Source of the DNA: Archangium sp.
GTDB taxonomy: Bacteria > Myxococcota > Myxococcia > Myxococcales > Myxococcaceae
Reading direction: 5' to 3'
NCBI GenBank assembly: GCA_031367385.1
Contig: JANLPS010000353.1
Location: 1-10,725, forward strand
Length of the DNA stretch: 10,725 nucleotides
In this document: positions 1 through 6,846 of the stretch, piece by piece
Position numbering within the stretch: the first letter of the stretch is position 1
Layout of the letters: each line of letters opens with the position of its first letter
Translations under genes and position numbers: made by a program
The notes under the pieces: model-generated
Databases searched by the model: none
What the model saw: the letters and a program-made list of their open reading frames with translations, nothing else
Told to the model about the DNA's origin: nothing

Positions 1-61
1 GCGCACAGCGATGCGGGAAGCGCGCACAGCCCTTGCTCGAGGCCGTACACCCAAAAATCAG

Positions 62-2146
62 CTAGTTACAGTACCCCGCAGACGGGCACCCGATGAACGA
101 GCAACTGGTCCCCGAGCAGTAGCCGCAGCACCCGCTGGGAAAATAGCAGCGGTACCCCTGGTTGTGCGGCGTCCCCAGGCAGTTCACGCTGCTCACCGGG
201 TCGCACGTCGCGCAGCCATCGTTCGAGGTCGTGCCCGAGGGCACCACGCCGGGGCTGGTCGTGCCGTTCGAGTGGTACACGCTCTCGCAGTAGCAGCCCG
301 GCGTGCAGCTGGCCTGAAAGCACACGCTGCTGGTGCCGCAGCGAACACCGTCATTGTTCGAATACGCGGTCGTGCTCAGGTCAGGCAGGCACGCGCGACA
401 CGCATTGCCAGGGTCGACCGCGTTGCTCGCGATGACCACGCCTCCGATGAAGCAGCCCGCGGTGCAGGCGCCGCTCGAGCACACCTTGCCGTCGCCGCAG
501 CTCTGACCGGTCGCCTTCGCGCTGTAGGCCGTGGTGCTCACCGCAGGTTGGCAGCTCTGACACGCGTTCGAGGGGTTGGCCGTACCGCTGGCGACGATGG
601 CGCCTCCGATGAAGCACGCGGCCGTGCAGGCGCCGGCCGAGCAGACCTTGCCGCTGGCGCACGCAGTGCCGGTCACCGCTGCCGAAAACGCCGTGGTCGA
701 TTTCGCGGGGTCACAGATCTGGCAGGGGTCGGCGGTGCTGGCGGCTCCACTCGCGTAGTACGCGCCGGCGATTTGGCACCCCGCCACGCACGCCCCGGAG
801 TGACAGAGCTTGCCGCTCCCGCATGACTGGCCGTCGCTCACCGACGTGCCGGTGTCGACACAGCTCGAGGCAGGCCCGACGCACTGTTCGGTGCCGGTGT
901 GACAGGCGTTGGTCGGCTTGCAGGCGCGGCCGTTGAGGCAGCCGGTGCAGGAGCCTCCATTGCAGTACTGGCTGCTGCCGCACGCGGTGCTGTCAGCGAG
1001 GTTCGACCAGGCGTGGTCGCTCGTCGCGTGCTTGCACTGTTGGCACACGTTGGCGGGGTTCACCGCGCCCTCGGCATACGACACCGAGTCGATGAGGCAG
1101 CCCGACTTGCACGCCCCGCTGACGCACAGCAACCCGGTGCAGCACTCAGCGCTCGCCGCGCAACTCTTCGACGCCGCGCCGCAGCAGCTGCCGGTCTCGC
1201 AGGTCTTGCTCTGGCAGTCGCCGTCACCGCCGCAGTGCTTGCCGTTGACGCACGCAGGGCACGGCCCGCCGCAGTCGACGTCGGCTTCGGCCTGGTTCTT
1301 CACCGCGTCACTGCAGGTCGGCAGGGTGCACACGCCGTAGATGCAGGTCTGCGACAGGCAATCGCCATGGCCCTTGCAGACCTTGCCGATGGGGCACGGG
1401 TCACAGCTGGGGCCGCCGCAATCGACATCGGTCTCGCCGACGTCTTTGGTGTTGTTGACGCAGCTCGCGGGAGCGGTGCACAGGCCGTTGACGCACGAGC
1501 CGCTCATGCAGTCGCGCGCGGCGCTGCAGGCACGGCCGGTCAGGCAGCTGGGGCAGAGCGGGCCACCGCAGTCGCGGTCGGTCTCAGCGCCGTCTTTCTT
1601 GTCGTCGTGGCAGCTGGCCAGGTCGACGCAGAGGCCGCCCCGGCAGCCGTGGCTCGCGCAGTCGCCATCGGTGCCGCAGCTCTGGCCGGTGGCGCAGGCG
1701 GGGCAGGTGCCTCCACCGCAATCGCGGTCGCTCTCGGAGCCGTTGCGCGTCGAATCGGTGCAGCTGGCCTCTGCGCAGTGGTGGTTGGTGCAGGTACCCG
1801 ACGCGCAGTCGGTCCCCACTGCGCAGCTGCTGCCCTTCGCACACGGAGCGCACGAGGCGCCACCGCAGTCGACATCGGTCTCAGCGCCGTCTTTTTTCGA
1901 ATCGGTGCAGGTCTCGGGCATGCCCGCTTGCAGGCAGATGCCCTTCTTGCAGACCAGGCCCGCGCCGACGCAGTTGTTGCACTCGAACCCGCCCGCTCCG
2001 CAGAGCGCATCATCGGTGCCGACGACGCAGGCGCCTTGCTGGCAGCAGCCTCCACAGGTCGAGACGGAGCAGGGTTGCGCACTGGTCGAGCACCCAGCGG
2101 CGAGGGCGAGGGCAGCCACAGCGGTCAAGAGCAGAGCGGAGCGCAC
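62..2146 (-). CDS. Cysteine-rich repeat lipoprotein (694 aa), myxobacterial type, function unknown
   Basis: GTG start at 2146 with AGGAGGG RBS 9 nt upstream (2156-2162). Signal peptide ends in a lipobox-like LAAGC (Cys19). Contains five ~49-aa 8-Cys repeats (CxD..K(D/N)..ETDVDCGG..C..C) followed by four to five ~54-aa 6-Cys repeats (CxIGG...NP.N.C..C.P..STTA(Y/F)S). Stop TAG at 62-64. Confidence 0.88.
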   Translation of the reverse strand: MRSALLLTAVAALALAAGCSTSAQPCSVSTCGGCCQQGACVVGTDDALCGAGGFECNNCVGAGLVCKKGICLQAGMPETCTDSKKDGAETDVDCGGASCAPCAKGSSCAVGTDCASGTCTNHHCAEASCTDSTRNGSESDRDCGGGTCPACATGQSCGTDGDCASHGCRGGLCVDLASCHDDKKDGAETDRDCGGPLCPSCLTGRACSAARDCMSGSCVNGLCTAPASCVNNTKDVGETDVDCGGPSCDPCPIGKVCKGHGDCLSQTCIYGVCTLPTCSDAVKNQAEADVDCGGPCPACVNGKHCGGDGDCQSKTCETGSCCGAASKSCAASAECCTGLLCVSGACKSGCLIDSVSYAEGAVNPANVCQQCKHATSDHAWSNLADSTACGSSQYCNGGSCTGCLNGRACKPTNACHTGTEQCVGPASSCVDTGTSVSDGQSCGSGKLCHSGACVAGCQIAGAYYASGAASTADPCQICDPAKSTTAFSAAVTGTACASGKVCSAGACTAACFIGGAIVASGTANPSNACQSCQPAVSTTAYSAKATGQSCGDGKVCSSGACTAGCFIGGVVIASNAVDPGNACRACLPDLSTTAYSNNDGVRCGTSSVCFQASCTPGCYCESVYHSNGTTSPGVVPSGTTSNDGCATCDPVSSVNCLGTPHNQGYRCYFPSGCCGYCSGTSCSFIGCPSAGYCN
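296..1099 (-). repeat. Intragenic repeat array B: four ~54 aa 6-Cys repeats, with a degenerate fifth starting at 295
   Basis: Units start at 1099 (CLIDS), 778 (CQIAG), 616 (CFIGG) and 454 (CFIGG). The last three have an exact 162-nt period. CGCCTCCGATGAAGCA is identical at 439-454 and 601-616. Confidence 0.88.
1184..1909 (-). repeat. Intragenic repeat array A: five ~49-50 aa 'ETDVDCGG' 8-Cys repeats
   Basis: Units begin CTDSKKDGAETDVDCGG, CTDSTRNGSESDRDCGG, CHDDKKDGAETDRDCGG, CVNNTKDVGETDVDCGG and CSDAVKNQAEADVDCGG. The DNA string CGGTCTCAGCGCCGTCTTT recurs near 1580 and 1876. Confidence 0.9.
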
Positions 2147-2155
2147 GGTTGATGA

Positions 2156-2186
2156 CCCTCCTGGCCGAAGGCGTGTGCAAAGTCTA
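2156..2186 (-). promoter_or_regulatory. Putative -10 element (TAGACT, 2186-2181) and RBS (AGGAGGG, 2162-2156) for the Cys-rich lipoprotein
   Basis: Minus strand reads ...gaTAGACTttgcacacgccttcggccAGGAGGGtcatcaaccGTG. The TAnnnT hexamer lies in the divergent intergenic gap. Confidence 0.5.
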
Positions 2187-2241
2187 TCTGGTCGAGGCCC
2201 TTCGCGACGCCGAGGGGTACACGAGAGAGAGCGAAAGGCGC

Positions 2242-2901
2242 ATGTCAGGCATTGTGAACCGGCAGAACAGACTCGGCCAGGCCATCAAGGCCCACTTCAG
2301 TGCCTTGCCGGTGCCCGGTGCGATCTCCAAGAAAGTCAGCACGAAGATGGTGTTGAAGGCGGAGTTGCGATCTGGTGCTTCATTGACGATTGGCTGCGCG
2401 AAGGTCAAGGAAGGCCGCGCGCCAGGTCACTTCGCGCTGTACTGGATGGTGTCGATGACCGGTGGCCCGATCTTCGAGATCATGTCGGCGACACATCTGA
2501 CGACTCCCCGATTCGCAAGGCCGTTCGTCTTCACCAGCACGTCGCATGACTTTCCGAGCCGTGCCCACTTCGAAATCGGGCCAGACGGAGATGCCGATGC
2601 GGTGGCCCAAGCCATCACCTTCGAGGTGCGAAAGCGGGCACTCCCGCTTGTGGAGGCGTTCGAGTCTGTGCCCGCGCGGGCGCTCGACTGCGTGTTGAAA
2701 GACGCTGCGGGGGCCGTCTACAACCCGTTCGCCACCAGCCTCATTCTCATGCATTTCGCCGGGCAGACTGAGCGACTGCGCGAAATCACCGAAGTCGCCG
2801 CGGCTGCCAAGACCTTCTACGACTACGCCGATGCTCGCGACCCGCAGGCCGATATCGTCGAGCCGCTCAAACGGTGGTTCGAGTCCCACCCGCCGGGCTG
2901 A
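2242..2901 (+). CDS. Hypothetical protein (~219 aa), probably cytoplasmic
   Basis: Open frame with normal protein composition that fills the gap between two minus-strand genes. I moved the start from 2149 to ATG 2242 (MSGIVNRQ, preceded by GAAAGG), because 2149 would leave only 2 nt to the divergent gene and cover its RBS. No recognised motif. Confidence 0.72.
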   Translation: MSGIVNRQNRLGQAIKAHFSALPVPGAISKKVSTKMVLKAELRSGASLTIGCAKVKEGRAPGHFALYWMVSMTGGPIFEIMSATHLTTPRFARPFVFTSTSHDFPSRAHFEIGPDGDADAVAQAITFEVRKRALPLVEAFESVPARALDCVLKDAAGAVYNPFATSLILMHFAGQTERLREITEVAAAAKTFYDYADARDPQADIVEPLKRWFESHPPG

Positions 2902-2914
2902 ACCAGCAACGGGC

Positions 2915-4189
2915 TCAGAACAGCAGGTTCGCGGTGATGGTGCCGCTCAAATACTCATCGAGCGCGCCACCGGCGATGTACGTGTCGCCGACCTCGGGCT
3001 TGAGCGAGAAGAAGTACCGGCTGTAATCGCCCTGCAGCCGAATCGCGAAGTGCGAGAGCGGCTTGACGCTGACCGCGACCCACATGTCCGCTCCGCCGCC
3101 GACCGAGCGGGGGAAGTAGGGGCTCACCGCGAGCTCGCCCTTCGAGATCAACACCTGGTACGCGCCACCCAGGTGCAGGCCGAAGATCGGCGTGAAGTGC
3201 ACCGTCGCCTCGAGCATCGGCCGAATGCCGCCGTAACTCACGTTGGGGATATTGGGTCGATCGGTACCGCCCGAGCTGGCCGCGATGCCGAAGGTCTGCA
3301 TGCCGTACCCGACGCCGACCTGCACCTCGACGATGCGAATCGGTATGCGGCCCACCAGGCTCGCCTGCAGCTTCATCGACGACGAGGCGAACTTCACCCC
3401 ATTGGCCACCGACGAGACCCCGACCACGTAGTTGAACGCCCCTCGAATGCCGAAGTTCGCCGCGATGCCGCTGCTGAACAGCGCTCCGGGAAAAAACTCG
3501 AGCTCGGCTGACGGCGCAGGGCCCCAGGGCAGCCGGTACTTCGAGAGCGCGTCGAAGATGTCGTCTCGGTAGGTGTAATTGCGGTTGAGCCCGGTGAAGC
3601 CGACGCCGAGGCGCAGTGCCATCGGTCGTTCTTTGGGCGCTTCAGGCTGGGCTGAGTCGTCGAAGAACTCGGCCTTCGCCACCGGAGCAGGCTCGGTCTT
3701 CGCTGTCGTGGGCTCGGGCGGCTTCGACGCGGTTGGTGCCGGCGTCGGTGCTGGGGTCGGTGCCGGGGCCGTCTTCGCGACGGGTGCAGGCGGCTCAGCC
3801 ACCGCTGGGGCAGCGCCCTCTTTGAGCGCCAACAGCAGCGCCGGCCCGAAGCTCTTGGGCGGGTTCAACTTCTTGGCGTTCTTGAACTCAGTCGTGCCCA
3901 GGGGAGTGCCGTCGGCGCCGTTGAGCACCCGCACCGACCACTGGTTCGCGACCAGCCGCGCCTGCACCACCGCCACCGCGGCGTAATCGCGCGTCGCATC
4001 GGCGACCTCTTTGCTGGTGGGCTCGGCCGAGAGCGACTTCTTGAGCGGCGTCGGCGTGTACTTCTTCGAGATGAGCTTGGTGATGATCTTCGAGAGCGCC
4101 GGAGGGGCGTCGATCAACACCCTCGGCTTCGCCGCAAGCGCCGGCACCGCGAGCAGCACCGCCAGCACGGCCATCGAGCGCGCGGTCAT
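2915..4189 (-). CDS. Outer-membrane beta-barrel protein with N-terminal soluble domain and Pro/Ala/Thr-rich linker (~424 aa)
   Basis: Signal peptide MTARSMAVLAVLLAVPALA|AK, then a ~110-aa domain and the linker PAPVAKTAPAPTPAPTPAPT. The C-terminal ~235 aa are amphipathic Gly/aromatic-rich strands (ALRLGVGFTG, VEVQVGVGYG, FGLHLGGAYQ, FAIRLQGDYSRY) ending in a terminal Phe (BAM signal-like). GGAGG lies 6 nt before ATG 4189; ATG 4192 is an alternative start. The start overlaps the upstream stop (ATGATGA). Confidence 0.8.
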   Translation of the reverse strand: MTARSMAVLAVLLAVPALAAKPRVLIDAPPALSKIITKLISKKYTPTPLKKSLSAEPTSKEVADATRDYAAVAVVQARLVANQWSVRVLNGADGTPLGTTEFKNAKKLNPPKSFGPALLLALKEGAAPAVAEPPAPVAKTAPAPTPAPTPAPTASKPPEPTTAKTEPAPVAKAEFFDDSAQPEAPKERPMALRLGVGFTGLNRNYTYRDDIFDALSKYRLPWGPAPSAELEFFPGALFSSGIAANFGIRGAFNYVVGVSSVANGVKFASSSMKLQASLVGRIPIRIVEVQVGVGYGMQTFGIAASSGGTDRPNIPNVSYGGIRPMLEATVHFTPIFGLHLGGAYQVLISKGELAVSPYFPRSVGGGADMWVAVSVKPLSHFAIRLQGDYSRYFFSLKPEVGDTYIAGGALDEYLSGTITANLLF

Positions 4190-4671
4190 CATCTGCCTCC
4201 ATCAGCCGAGCCGCCATCGCGTGTACCCGAGCCAGCGTCGACTGACGCCGTGGCTCCGCCGTCGAGCACCGAGGCGACCCAGGCTTCGACACAGCCGATC
4301 TGGTTCTTGCTCAGGGCGCTCTTGCCAAGAGGCATTCGGCTGCCGGCACAGGTCTGGGTCTTCGAGATCTTCTCGAGCAGATACGCCGCCATCGGTATGT
4401 TGCTGCAGCTGCTGGTCTGGCCCTTGATTCGGGCTTTGATGCCGGGAGCGATCAGATCGAGGTTGTTGGAAGCCGCTGAGCCGCCATCGAAGGCCTGGTG
4501 GCAGCCAGCGCCTCCGCAGGTGTTGCCAAAGATGATCGGCTCGACGTCTTCGACGGTGCAGGGGCCTCCCGCGTCGACGGGGAGAAATCGTTCTGGGTCT
4601 TCAAGTGCGCCGGGGCAGCCCAACAACATGAGCCCGAGGCACGCCACGAATCGAAGGGGGCGGCGGTGCAT
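4189..4671 (-). CDS. Lipoprotein, putative monoheme c-type cytochrome (planctomycete cytochrome c-like fold) with CX4CH motif (~160 aa)
   Basis: Starting at ATG 4671 gives signal peptide MHRRPLRFVACLGLMLLG|C (lipobox LLGC). The pattern V.PIIF...CGGAGCH...LDL...LLEKI...RMPLG..LS..QI..V..WV matches the layout of planctomycete-type cytochrome c domains (PF07635-like), with Met113 in RMP as a candidate distal ligand. Confidence 0.7.
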   Translation of the reverse strand: MHRRPLRFVACLGLMLLGCPGALEDPERFLPVDAGGPCTVEDVEPIIFGNTCGGAGCHQAFDGGSAASNNLDLIAPGIKARIKGQTSSCSNIPMAAYLLEKISKTQTCAGSRMPLGKSALSKNQIGCVEAWVASVLDGGATASVDAGSGTRDGGSADGGR

Positions 4672-4754
4672 TCGGAGGGCAGTGTGGCAGAGCCGGGCCT
4701 CCGAACGTGAGCCCGAATCGCAGTGTGCACGACAGTTCATATCCTACATGCGCT

Positions 4755-6161
4755 TCAGGGCACTTTGAGGGTGCGCTCCAAGAAGCGAACCGACTTGTTC
4801 CACGCCTGGCGGTCGCCTTGGCCGGTGCCCTGCGGCGTGCCACCGAAGTCGTATCGACCGCCGTTCTGATCGAACTCGTTGGCGTTGCCAGCCGGCAAGC
4901 CCACGTTGGCTGGGTTCAGTGAATGCCCGGCCTGGGCGAAGCAAATGAACTCATCGTCGGGGTACCGCGTGTCATGCCCCGCGTCGCGCAGCCGTTGCCA
5001 AGCGACGTCAGCGAGTTGGCATGACGGCCAGACGTGATCGTCTTGCGCGGCGAGCAACAACACCGGGCCCGCGACCTGCTCGACCGGGGTGGTGGCGGCC
5101 TGCAGCGCCGAGGCAGACGCGAGGCGCACGCTGTCGCGGTACTGATTGACCTCGCTGATGACCCGAACGCCGGCATCATTGAAGTACGTGTCAGGCGGGG
5201 TGTTGCCCCATGGCACGAAGGGCACGCCGGCGTCGGCGAAGGTCCACGTCGAGGCGCCGGTGACGGTCGGGTAGGGCCAGACGAGCCCGCTCGGCACCAC
5301 TGCGATGACCGCCTTCACGTCGGGAAAATGGGAGGCCACCAGCAATGCCGCTTCGCCCCCGCGGGAGTCGCCGACGAGGCCGATGCGGCCCGCGCGCAGG
5401 TCTTGGTGTTCTTTGAGCACGTCGATGGCCGCGGCGAAGTACTCGAGCGGCACCTTCTCGAGCGTCGCGGGCAGCGCGGGGTTTGCCGGGTCGAAGTAGT
5501 CGAGCGCCATCACCAGGTAGCCTTCGCCGACGAACGCGCGCGCGAGAAGTTGCCCCCCGCCGAGCCCACCTTCAGAGCCTCCGAACACGATGAGGCCTGG
5601 AAACGGGGGGCGCCCCGGAGGCAGGTAGAGATCGGCGTACACGCCCTTGTACCCGCGAACCGGCAGCACGTCGGAGTTGCTGACGCGCAGCCGCCGCTTC
5701 CACAAGGTCTCGAGGGTGACCGATTGCGAGATGTCGGCGACCACGTCGATGTCAGGGCTGCCGCCGTCGTCATCGGCCATCGACCAGAGCGGGCCGTCGG
5801 GGTCGGCCACCGACCAGGTGCCGTCGAGCGGTACGTCGCGCGCCGTGCTCACGCTGCCGTTGAAGCCGCTGCGAAAGTGCCCGAACGAGTGACCGCCCTG
5901 GGCCATCTGAAAGTACAAGTCGACGTCGACGCACGGGGGCAACCCATCGACGACCACTTCGACCACGTCGTGCGTCAAGTAGGAGTCGTCGGCTTGGCGG
6001 CCCGCATCGCTGACCAGGCGCAAGGCTGGGGCGTAGCTGCTGGCGTCGGGCACGCAGCGCGGGTCGAGCGCGACTGGCCCCGCGGTGGTCATCAACTGCG
6101 ACGAGGGTTTGATACCGCAGGCCAGTGCCAGCGTGAGGAGCGAGAGGGCCGGCAAGCGCAT
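4755..6161 (-). CDS. Acyl-CoA thioester hydrolase/BAAT-family alpha/beta hydrolase with lipoprotein signal peptide (468 aa)
   Basis: N-domain motif VPLDGTWSVADPDGPLWSM (Bile_Hydr_Trans-like), PFPGLIVFGGSEGG, VPLEYFAAAIDVL, nucleophile elbow GDSRGGE (Ser266), AQDDHVWPS (Asp374/375) and AGH (His413), all typical of BAAT_C/ACOT type I. The N-terminus MRLPALSLLTLALA|CG has a lipobox LALAC. Confidence 0.88.
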   Translation of the reverse strand: MRLPALSLLTLALACGIKPSSQLMTTAGPVALDPRCVPDASSYAPALRLVSDAGRQADDSYLTHDVVEVVVDGLPPCVDVDLYFQMAQGGHSFGHFRSGFNGSVSTARDVPLDGTWSVADPDGPLWSMADDDGGSPDIDVVADISQSVTLETLWKRRLRVSNSDVLPVRGYKGVYADLYLPPGRPPFPGLIVFGGSEGGLGGGQLLARAFVGEGYLVMALDYFDPANPALPATLEKVPLEYFAAAIDVLKEHQDLRAGRIGLVGDSRGGEAALLVASHFPDVKAVIAVVPSGLVWPYPTVTGASTWTFADAGVPFVPWGNTPPDTYFNDAGVRVISEVNQYRDSVRLASASALQAATTPVEQVAGPVLLLAAQDDHVWPSCQLADVAWQRLRDAGHDTRYPDDEFICFAQAGHSLNPANVGLPAGNANEFDQNGGRYDFGGTPQGTGQGDRQAWNKSVRFLERTLKVP

Positions 6162-6175
6162 GGCGATAGACCTTA
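6162..6175 (-). promoter_or_regulatory. Putative -10 (TAAGGT) 8 nt before the ATG; leaderless-type promoter
   Basis: Minus strand reads caagTAAGGTctatcgccATG. The AAGG inside the hexamer could alternatively be a weak RBS. Confidence 0.42.
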
Positions 6176-6226
6176 CTTGCGCGCATGGAGTGCGTCACCC
6201 TTCGCCGTGCTAATCACCGGGGACGG

Positions 6227-6835
6227 ATGGCGAGCTCTGGCAAGGCCGTTGGGTTGGTGCTGGTGGCGACGCTGGCGGGTGCGGGCCTCGGCGCGTGGCT
6301 CCTCATGCGCGAGCCGGAGCGCTCAGGGCCCGAGGCACTGCTGCGTGAGAATTTTTATTCGGCCGACCGGGGGTTGTACCACGTGGCTGACGTGCAGCGC
6401 CGGCCGGAGGTACAGGCCGCGATCGCCCACTTTCACGCCGCAGGGCTGTGCGAATTCATCTTCAAGATGCACACGACCAGAATGAACAGCGACGTGACGA
6501 TGTCGAAGACCTGTGCCCGCTCAGCGCAAGGCCTGCACCAGTGGTGGCATGACCACGAGCTTGCGCTCGACCCGTTTGCGCTCACCAGCGGCACGCCGAC
6601 CGGGCAGTTCGCGCTGCTGGTCGATGCGGCGCAGACGCCGTATTTGTTCGCGGCTGGCAAGCACGGAGAGCTGACCGCGGATCAGCTGGCCGCACTGGTC
6701 GTGACTTTGCTCGATGCCGCGGTCGCCGAAGCCCCGGCGGCGCTCGAGGCGCAGAAGGCACGAGCGATGGGTGAAGAGAAGGCGCGGCGCGAGACTGAAG
6801 AGAAACGGCAGCGGGCCGCCGAGTCGTTCAAGTGA
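6227..6835 (+). CDS. Hypothetical membrane-anchored protein (~202 aa)
   Basis: ATG 6227 is preceded by GGGGA. It has an N-terminal hydrophobic segment AVGLVLVATLAGAGLGAWLLM, two Cys, and a charged helical C-tail (EEKARRETEEKRQRAAESFK). The ORF-track start at 6185 is probably too long. Confidence 0.75.
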   Translation: MASSGKAVGLVLVATLAGAGLGAWLLMREPERSGPEALLRENFYSADRGLYHVADVQRRPEVQAAIAHFHAAGLCEFIFKMHTTRMNSDVTMSKTCARSAQGLHQWWHDHELALDPFALTSGTPTGQFALLVDAAQTPYLFAAGKHGELTADQLAALVVTLLDAAVAEAPAALEAQKARAMGEEKARRETEEKRQRAAESFK

Positions 6836-6846
6836 GGTGAACGCGC

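Noticed and set aside
1..30. GCGCACAGC direct repeat (1-9, 22-30) and a possible minus-strand GTG start at 27
   Set aside because: Too short and cut by the window edge. It cannot be distinguished from chance in GC-rich DNA.
296..1909. Periodic DNA repeats as a possible CRISPR or other non-coding array
   Set aside because: Periods are multiples of three and the repeats are degenerate at synonymous sites, so protein repeats fully explain them.
62..2146. Cys-rich lipoprotein as TraA or as a multiheme cytochrome
   Set aside because: There is no recognisable PA14-like domain or MYXO-CTERM tail, it is not adjacent to the TraB-like gene, and its CxxC pairs are not followed by His.
11..2549. Long plus-strand ORFs (271, 417, 143 and 402 aa) opposite the Cys-rich gene
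   Set aside because: Antisense shadows expected in high-GC, repetitive coding DNA. They are Arg/Ala- or Gln/Pro-skewed and have no motifs.
4672..4746. ATG 4740 as the cytochrome start
   Set aside because: It would put 23 polar residues before the lipoprotein signal. The TAGGAT directly abutting it looks more like a -10 element.
5034..6485. 483-aa plus-strand ORF
   Set aside because: Antisense to the well-supported BAAT hydrolase and out of frame with the 6227 gene.
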